From Bigelowiella natans CCMP2755 (lineage: Eukaryota > Protista > Cercozoa), in contig ADNK01003099.1 in NCBI GenBank assembly GCA_000320545.1, positions 1 to 64,000 of the forward strand: DNA of 64,000 bases, written 5' to 3'. Positions 55,203 through 64,000 of this stretch are shown one piece after another. Below the pieces are notes generated by a model, which saw nothing but the letters and a program-made list of their open reading frames with translations, had not been told where the DNA came from and made no database searches. A program made the position numbers and the translations under genes. Positions within the stretch are counted from its first letter, which is position 1. The number at the start of each line of letters is the position of its first letter.

Positions 55203-55806
55203 ATTACTGTTGTTTCTGCGAATATTAATGGTCAGTTTGTAATAATGCGATGGCAGTACACACGTAGAATGCAGCATGCAAGCATGCATGGATGGATGGA
55301 TGGGCGCATGGTTTGCATTGCTAGATTGGCTCACCAGCGTACTAAGCAAACGGTCTTTTTATGCGCAAATGCTGACGCAACAGGGAATGGCCGCAGCTTT
55401 GCATAGCTACATGATAGGGTGACAATTGAAAAATGTTCGCATGTTCACTACATCATTTTTTACATACGCGTGGGCTTGCTAGCTTGCATAAATAGTGATA
55501 GTGACTCGTATCTCACTTACGCTGGAGGGTCTGATTGCACGTCCTAGCGTCTGCTGCAGGTTCTTCATTACTGCACGTTGCGCAAATTGAAGGCATGCTA
55601 CAATGACGTGCATAATGCAGTTTGCCAATGCCTATTATGGCTAAGATGTAGCGATGCATTGGTGTACACAGATGAAGCTTAGATTCACCCCGGGAGGATT
55701 TGCATGCTATGATACTAGGACATATAGCACGTACCCATCTAGCCATACACAAAGAGTCCATTTGATTATCAATTAGAATGGCTGCTGCAAAATATCACAG
55801 CTCATC

Positions 55807-56448
55807 CTACTGCATCATGGCTGACTGAATTCCTTTCTCAAAGCTTCGATCTAGTGCACGTGCTACTCTTCGATTTTCCGACGTACAACATCTTCTCCAA
55901 TTCACGACGGGTGAAACTGCATTCATAGACCTTCCACTTAGAGCCGAGGACCTCGAGTATTTCTGGTATATCATCACCTGAGACACCATCTAATTCATCA
56001 CGTATCCTCTTCTATTCTTACCGAGCAAAAAGCCGCTTAAAACACACATGCTCTGCCTACTAACAAATACACACGGGTGCGAAACGCGTATGTGATTCAG
56101 CTCATATTTATAGCACTATCATCAAAGCATGGTTGGTATGATTGACTTCGACTATCGAGGAAATGAGCATCGTTTGGGTTGATAAGCTGTTTTCCTTCCT
56201 TCCAGGGAAGTGTTGATTTCTTTATTTTCCAAGAAGCTCTCCCGCTACCTATTAGAGCCGATGATGGAGAATGCGAGGGATTAGTATTTGTTTCATATTT
56301 AAATGCCATTGGAAGTTATGTTCTTAACTGTCGTAAACTTCTCCATAAGAACCTTCCAAGTCTAGCATATGAATCATTTTCGCTCGATCTTCCTGTGTGG
56401 TTTAGAGAGGGGTCATGGCTATCAAAGTCCCAACTCATATAATCCGCC

Positions 56449-56514
<66 letters not shown>

Positions 56515-57829
56515 CAATAGCATTTGAGTGGTTGTATAAATCCTTAAATCAGCTCACTTTTTTGGCTTATTCTCAGAACTGCCTTGCACGCATAATTCGT
56601 TTTTACACATTTCTGAGATCATTTGTTTCCCGCTGGATGTTCGTATTCTCTCGTACCCTCTCATATGCAGCATCGACCAGATTCGCGCACCCGCCCGCCC
56701 TCAACCTGCTCCCGAATTCAGGAAGAGGATGGGCCCTGGAGAGAGGGGGGGGGCAGAATTGAGGCAAACGAAACGGAATGAATGAGTGAGCGAGAAATTA
56801 TGTTTAACACAGTTGGGAATGAGGAACATCAACCCCCACCTATCTCTAGCATACGCGAAGTGGTTTCCTACGATTACGAGCAACGACTCGTGGCCCTGAA
56901 GCAATGGCCAGAAAATGTAAATGCTGCTGACGCAGTTTGGGAATAGATCTGAGCAGAGGAAACAGATAACCAGCGCCCCCAAGCCCGCCGTTTTCTTCCA
57001 TTTTTTCATAGAGGCGGTGTGATGTGTTGATACTACCGTTGTGTCGCCCCCAGCATTTTCTGTGATACGACGCAGGGCGAGGTACGGTCCTTTACCCTGC
57101 ACAAACAGCATCTGATAAATCCTCTTCCTTCATCGTAACACGGCCATCCTTCAATATCTAGAAGGAGCAGAAACAGCTGTAGCGTACATTTGGATATAAA
57201 GCCCAGCGTTCCATGTAGACAGCCTGGGGAAGGGGGGAGGAGAAGGTGTAAGGCGGTGGTGATGATGATGTATGGCGAAGACGCAAGATCAGCTTTTTCA
57301 GGTGAAGAAATAGGATTAGGTAATAAAGGGCCAACAGACCCCATCAACACCACTCACACAAGGGGAAGGGGAGGAAGCTACACTTAAAAACACAGCGACA
57401 TGGCAGGACCTGCTGCTGCGAGTCAAGAGCAACACTGAATTCCTTGAATGATGTTCCATCGTCCTTTAGCTAGATGAGAAGAGAATGGGCAGGTTATTAG
57501 GAGGGCAACTCGCTCATATCAACTCGATGAGCACACTTTGTTGTCATCACCTCTATCCTCCAACGATTCGGCCTTGCCCTAGGAAATCTGCCGATGTGAT
57601 GTATGCACACATGATATGAAAGAGGACGCAGCGCGTGAGGGAAACGCTATTCGAAACATTCCGTGAGGAGAAAAACGGCAGCAGCCAGCGGCACATCTAC
57701 GATAGATTTCCACTACTACACAATCAGAAAATTGGGACGATGTTTTTACTTAGGATGATAGTTCCAGTCAATAGCGTGATGCCTGCAACGTATCGAGAAA
57801 GAGATTGAGTAAAGACAAATTAGCGTTGG

Positions 57830-57861
<32 letters not shown>

Positions 57862-59081
57862 TGTCATCATCGACATGATAATTATCATCCGTGTTTTTCA
57901 TGATCGCTAATCTTCTATCCTACACCTCGTAGCGACAGGCGCTGCAGATTTCGCATCCTTTGGCTCTATCTTTGTGTATCCTGTTTGCCATACATTATCA
58001 GCTCACCGTCAGAATGTAAAGCGCAATCGATGGGACGCATTGCCTGCCCCATTGTATCACGGCGGAGTCGCAAAATGTGCCGAAATGTTTAAATACGAGG
58101 CGATGCGTAAACGTAGTCACTCTGCTACCTGCAAATGTATGCTGACGGGCAAGGCAGCGCAGCTCATCCATCTAAATATTGAGGGGAGGGGAAATCGAAG
58201 ATGGTTTTATTCTCCAAAACTACCCCCGTCATTCTCATCACCACAAGCAAACACTACCGTGAGCTCCTTGAAGCCGCTCTTTGCACGCAAATATTCTGGC
58301 CTCTTCAAAGGAAACCGAATGTCGATGAATAGGCTCCTAAGAAGAAGAAGAAGACGCGAGGCAATGGATCTGGTTAATTGGGTTTTGAGTCGCCTCTAGA
58401 AGTGAGAAAGCTTTCCTTACGGTGACTGTAGGTTGAACACTATAGTGTCGGCTTCAGTCGACTCCTGTATAGAAAAGGCTCAAACAATAAAGAACACGAC
58501 TACACGGCAGTAACCGTACAAACAAAGGGCCGATTCCATAATATACACAATGATTTCGTTTGCCTGTGGGTCAAAAGGTAGTACCTTCCAACCACCTGCG
58601 AATAACGGTCTTCTCCAAGCTCCCACTAAGTCTTCGTTGCGGTATCCATCTGTGTGCCATTTATCGTATCTGAAAACCGCGTGAGAGACTGATTCAGCGC
58701 TGAAGGCAAGTTGATAACAAGGCAAAGATAGACAGAGAGAGAAGAGAGAGAATAATTCGCAAAGTCTCCCTTATGTCGCACCCCATTTCATAAAAACAAC
58801 CACAGCCGACAGCACACCCAGAAATTAAGAACCATTTTTTGTACGTTTCTGAGGTTATTCTGGCCGTTTTCAGGTAATGTGGTAGATCTTCCGGAGCATT
58901 ATAATCACGCCCTTCGACGAAGAATTTGTTCAGCTTGCCCCCTCCTGTAAGGATATGGCCCTGTGTTGCGCTAAGTAATTATATTTTTTTCAGAATATGG
59001 AGAGGGGAAGTAATTGAGATCTATCTCACTTCCAGTCAAGAAGCTGTGGGTCTTTGACTCCTTTATCTCCTGAGCATGCAT

Positions 59082-59112
<31 letters not shown>

Positions 59113-59770
59113 CACAGATATCCATGTTTGTTCGTGTTTATGTATATTAACATTGTGCATTTTATATACTCACGTACTTTTTGTTTGCTTTTTGCAACAT
59201 AATTATTACTGACAATGCACAAATACACACACACGCACACACACATTCGCATATCCATGTAAAAGCGTGCATATATATTAACATACACATATATATTTAT
59301 TCATTTGTAATTTACAAGTATATCAGATTAGAAAATATGAAAGAAGCCATTATTTACAAGCGCAATTTTCAAATCCCACAGAAAAAGATCGACAGAACGA
59401 TGCACGATGAGCACGGGAGGGGGTGTCTACGTGGCATGGTTTTTTGGGTTCCGAAAGTACGGGACTATATCGGAACCCAAAGGTGGGATGATTGGTTTAA
59501 AGTCACGCTGATTAAACGCAAAAATACCGCATATTTCATGCCGCAAGTGGTAAATTCCATGGGGAAACTTCGGAAAATTGTTACAATCCGCTGCGAGGAA
59601 ATGCGAGTGGATTTATTCATAACGACAATCATATATTTGTTGTCGTAGATGTCAACAGGCCCTTTCTCCTGACCCAAAAGAGAGGGCAGCAGGCAAGTGC
59701 TCTTTGGTGCTCAGCAAGAGTACCAACGCCTACTTTTCCTCAACCCCCCTCGTGTACACACTCGCATTTC
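55807..59770 (-). CDS. Hypothetical multi-exon protein
   Basis: Spliceable exons include ADCNNFPKFPHGIYHLRHEIC|VPYFRNPKNHAT, NATQGHILTGGGKLNKFFVEGRDYNAPEDLPHYLKT, AVFRYDKWHTDGY and HHAIDWNYHPK|CAAGCCRFSPHGMFRIA|FPRARPNRWRIE. Family not recognised; start uncertain. Confidence 0.55.
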
Positions 59771-59815
59771 CGAGCCGCTGCTTTATTGTGTGCTTCTCCT
59801 CTGCACGCGTATGTG

Positions 59816-61485
59816 ATGTCTGCCCCTAATTCGACCTCGTCTTCGGAATCTGATCGAGCGTGTAGCACGGTTGCTGCTTCGGTACCGCTGTCGGGATCGT
59901 GGAACTTCCCCGTGGGAAGCCTCGTATGGGTGTGTGACAAGGAGGAGAAACTCAAAGGAACGATTGTACCCAGCCCAGAGTCAGCGGGCGGTTCCAAGCT
60001 CCGTGTTGCAGTTGAGGTTGACAAGAAATATCATTATGAGGTGCCTGAGGAGAATTTGGAAATGATTGAGAAGTCCGCCACTCAGGGAGACGACTTGGTA
60101 AGGACACGATCAAAGAAGCGTGTACGAAAGCACGCGAACGTCGAGATGGACCGCCTTCTCGCAATCCAGATCCAGTCATTCAAAAGCAGCTGTAACTCTA
60201 TCCGGGCTTATAGCTCTGTTCGGGGCTGTCGATCTATGCGAAGAAGATTGCTTTCATCTCCATCCAGTCCCCGTTCTCCTTCCAACTATTCTGGATGCTA
60301 CCCAGATGGCTTTTCCTCATTGTGCGAACGGAATTTTACCGAAGATGAGCGCGATCGCGAGATGTTTGAAAGGGTCAAGACTGGTGCTTACCTACATTTG
60401 ATAGCACACCCATACGACTACTGCTGCGAAAAATACAATAGAAGAGGTTGATATCGTCCAGCATTAACATTGCAATGCATACTAACCAGCTACCTTTGTT
60501 GTTCGTTTCTCATCTGATTCATGCTGTAGATTATAGGTGCCATCAGGCTGCAGGATGGCTCGCAGAGGTTATATGATTTTCGATTTTTTGTCGGAACCAT
60601 CATTCCTCACGTTGTCATTTATGCGGAGAGTGTATCAATACATATATACATATCTACGTAAGTATATTTTCTACCAGCAGCAAGTAATATTTGCCGTTGA
60701 GCCTATTTACAACACATAATAGCTTACAAGTATAATTGGAAGGTGACGACTGATGGCAAGAGCTCCAAAAAAATCAGCCAAGTTTGGGGTCATCATAGTC
60801 GGGAAAGCTGCGATTCATCATCCAAACATCCAGAACAAATGATTTTGTACGATGCTGCCAAGTATTTGATGAGTGACGCTTATATTCAGGTTAGATTTCA
60901 GTGGTAATTTCCTCCAAATATGGCGTTTGAATAATGCAATTTGTAATACTTTAATGATCTATTGCTAATTCGGAAAAATCGTCAAGTGCGCAACAAAATA
61001 GGGATCCCACTCGCTATTTCCCCCCCTTACCACTCCTTCACTCTTTCTCTTTTCAGGATAAAAAAAGAATAAACGGGACATTGCGCTTGGAAATCGTCAT
61101 GCTTGAATGCTTCATTTGCTCCAGTTGCTGCTGTGCAATCCGTCAATTCGCTCACATTTTCCGGGTGCCGGTGTGGGCAATGTGGGTATCTGTGAAGAAA
61201 AAGCATTCAAACAATCCGGTGTTTACTCACTATCATATCCGGGATGTTGTCAAAAAAAACATCAGAACCAAAAAAAGCGGAACGAGGGAGCTCGGGGTGT
61301 TATGGGCTCTGATTAACGACCGAGATCCCTTTTCATCCGCAAACCAACGTCAAAAAGCAAAGTTTTTGGTAACCGAAGATCGGTCCTGTTGCTTGATGGA
61401 CGGGTGCGATCTTGAATGTGACGATCGATGCCACAAATTCCTTGATCTAATGCCATTTGCAAAAGACCATCACCATGGGTTGTAA
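59816..61485 (+). CDS. Hypothetical multi-exon protein with N-terminal Tudor/SH3-like barrel
   Basis: FPVGSLVWVCDKEEKLKGTIV..LRVAVEVDKKYHYEVPEENLEMI has the pattern of a Tudor/KOW/SH3 barrel. Downstream exons end in ORF 61081-61485. Confidence 0.55.
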
Positions 61486-62149
61486 AACAGGGTCAGGGTC
61501 CTGTTGTTACATGTATAAGCTTCCAATAAGATAAATCTAGACATGCTGCAGTGTCGTGGAAGATGTAGCACTCTTATACTGGTTATAGCACTCAATAGCA
61601 CGCCCCACACGTTGATTTACTGTCACTCGGCTACATATGTCTACATTTAACTAAACATAGACACTATGCGCCCTAGTTTGTTATATGATCACACGCATGC
61701 TCATGCCACAACGCAAGTACAGTGCATGGATGATAGACATGCAATACACTATATATATGATATGGCTTCATGCATATACTACATAAATTGTGCTGCGCTC
61801 TTTGGCAACACACAGGGCAGGCTCACTGTATCATGGTTCTATATGGTAATCGAGGCAAGGCGAGGGCACATGTTGTTATTCCTTGATCTACTGGCAGCTA
61901 TGACTATCCACTAATAGCATGGTGTGGTGCATGCCTTGTACACAGCGCAACAGCTACAGCTACGCATGTGCATGGACAACAATGCAAACGGCACATTGTA
62001 CGTAAATGTCGCTACATAATCTAACATCATGCGCCATGCAATGCATGCATGTGCTGCTACAACATATGCACCACGGTAGATACTACAATAGAACGAACAT
62101 GTAGTTAATTCATTAGGTCTAAGTCATGACTGCTAGACGCAGCAAGCTA

Positions 62150-63750
62150 GAGGCATGCATGCAAGAATTGAAGCCGGAGTCACAAGCCTACAAAGCATTT
62201 GTTTGAGACTCGAAATACTCCTTTTCGGCTTCCTCAACTCCGCCACCTATGTCTCGCAAGCTCTGAATAAACAAATCGTGTTACACTTACAGGCTGGTGT
62301 TTGGAACAAGTGTGTGCACGTTGCACATTCTTGCGAGGTACCTCTTGAACTCTCTTATGCGCTTCTGCATCGATGCGTTTCTGTTTAGCATACATATGGT
62401 GAAAATTATGGTAGAGAAGGTAGAATCAGGGTTAATCAATGAGAGTTGTCATCAAAGGTGCAGGTTTTGTACAATGCTATTGTCACGCAGCATAGTTTGC
62501 CATTTATCCCATGGAAGGTATAAGGACAAGGTTGTGCTATTCTTGTAAGTCAATGTAATCCTACACTATCATGGTGAGGCTGTTTCCCATCGCTGCTCAC
62601 CATGCGCGTCTCGAGCAAAACTTCCTCCACGAAATCAAAAACTAAATACTGGATAGATTAAAGGTAAAATCAGAATGAAGAACGCGGAGTGCAAGAGAGG
62701 CGACTACGAGGCAGAAGTGTTGTCTTACCTCATCATGCAAGAGAAAAGTGGTAATACATTGCACCCCACAGCTCACCAATTTACGGTATTGAGGAGTCGG
62801 CCATTAGCGTTTGTTTTATCGATGTTACCTTTGAAGCATACTCTTCGATCTCTTCCATGAGATTGATATTGGCCTGTGATGGGGTCGGAATAATATAAGT
62901 TTTGCTGCGAACTATAATATTTATTATCATCCACTATTCTCATGACATCATGGACAACGTCGACTAGGATACGCTATCGTCGTTTCTACTACAACCGAAC
63001 AACACCGTGCTTTGGTACCGTCGTGTGCAGAAATGAGTTCCGGTTCTCTTTATCCTCAAAGGTGAGCAAGAAGACGTATTCGAAGCCTTCAGCCAAAGTC
63101 ATCTGGCGATCGATACGGAACGGCGGCAGCAACGAATTCAGTTGAGAACAACTTGGAGAATATCAATGAGAGAATAGCAATTGAATGTATTTGTCATCGT
63201 TCGACTCAATCAAGGCAGCACTGCCTTCTGATCTCCCGGCCGAAACGCTTTACGTGCGCCGTCACCCATCGGAAAGATCTAGTTCTTGCTATGCTATTAT
63301 TACTGATTAGGTTCTTTTCACCTCTCTGTGGTGATTAGCGATGACGCCATGCTCGTAGCCCCACACCTCCTAAATGCGAATACTGTGAGCCGCATTCAGT
63401 CAAATCGTTCATCTCGTCTCAGTACCTCTACGTTTTGAGCAACATCGTTGAATCTTACAGCGAATCCCATCCAATGAGAGAATTAAGAGTGAGAAAGTCA
63501 GTTGTTATTAGCAATACACGGTAGAGCAAGTAAAAATGAAAATACGATATGATAGGGATCATAACGTTATATGATTGTCATAATCATCATGATGATGACG
63601 ACGATGATAATGACAATGTTGGCTGTGGATACCGTGAAAAGATGCGGAAAATAGGTGCATCAGCCTTGAAAGTAGCAATTCTAATGGTATTCAATTGATC
63701 GATTCAGGACATAGTATTGAACGACGGAATAGGTCGAAAACTCTTGGCAA
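62150..63750 (-). CDS. Stress-responsive A/B barrel (Dabb) domain protein, multi-exon, 5' end probably beyond the window
   Basis: Spliced IATFKADAPIFRIFSR|FNDVAQNVE|EVWGYEHG..|MTLAEGFEYVFLLTFEDKENRNSFLHTT|ANINLMEEIEEYASK fits the Dabb pattern (FK.D..G..GFxxxxxxxFxxxE). Ends approximate. Confidence 0.65.
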
Positions 63751-63897
63751 TAATAGAAAGAAATAGCCCAGTTTAAGTCATTGCAGTAGCAAAAATTTGG
63801 ATGCGGTTGGTTTATCCGCTCATATAATCAAACCTGTGCTTCTCAAAACACATAATCTATTATCCACGCATTCTACACGCTACAGCACAAGCACATA

Positions 63898-63935
<38 letters not shown>

Positions 63936-64000
63936 CACACACTACCACTCACTTACACACACGCACACACACATGCATGCAGCTTGTTCTTACATGTAAT

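Overview
Gene-dense eukaryotic (protist) nuclear DNA with short spliceosomal introns, many filled with compound microsatellites. The style would fit a chlorarachniophyte-like alga, but the sequence alone cannot prove that. Genes alternate in orientation almost perfectly. In order: a THUMP RNA methyltransferase (+, with an in-frame TAA), a sedolisin/TPP1 protease (-), an intronless bacterial-type DUF1826 gene (+), a pseudokinase-WW gene (-), exosome RRP41 (+), a decayed gene (-), a tandem-domain C2H2 protein (+), a ~10 kb multi-TM/LRR gene (-), a type I membrane protein (+), a dual-specificity phosphatase (-), a PPR protein (+), two hypothetical genes and a Dabb-domain gene (-). The decayed gene is interrupted by an intact Ty3/Gypsy LTR retrotransposon (20650-26365; identical 326-bp LTRs, CGTT TSD). 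The phosphatase gene has a 5'-truncated LINE in one intron. Two observations stand out. (1) There is a sharply bounded TpA-to-TpG/CpA hypermutation signature that spares CTA/TAG and leaves CpG intact. It affects the LINE fragment, the gene relic around the LTR element and the tail-to-tail intergenic spacers, and suggests an adenine-directed, RIP-like process. (2) The Gypsy integrase ends in a degenerate DIRS-type Dam (N6-adenine methyltransferase)-like domain instead of a chromodomain. The element is itself unmutated yet sits inside TpA-eroded DNA. All exon models and counts were derived by eye.
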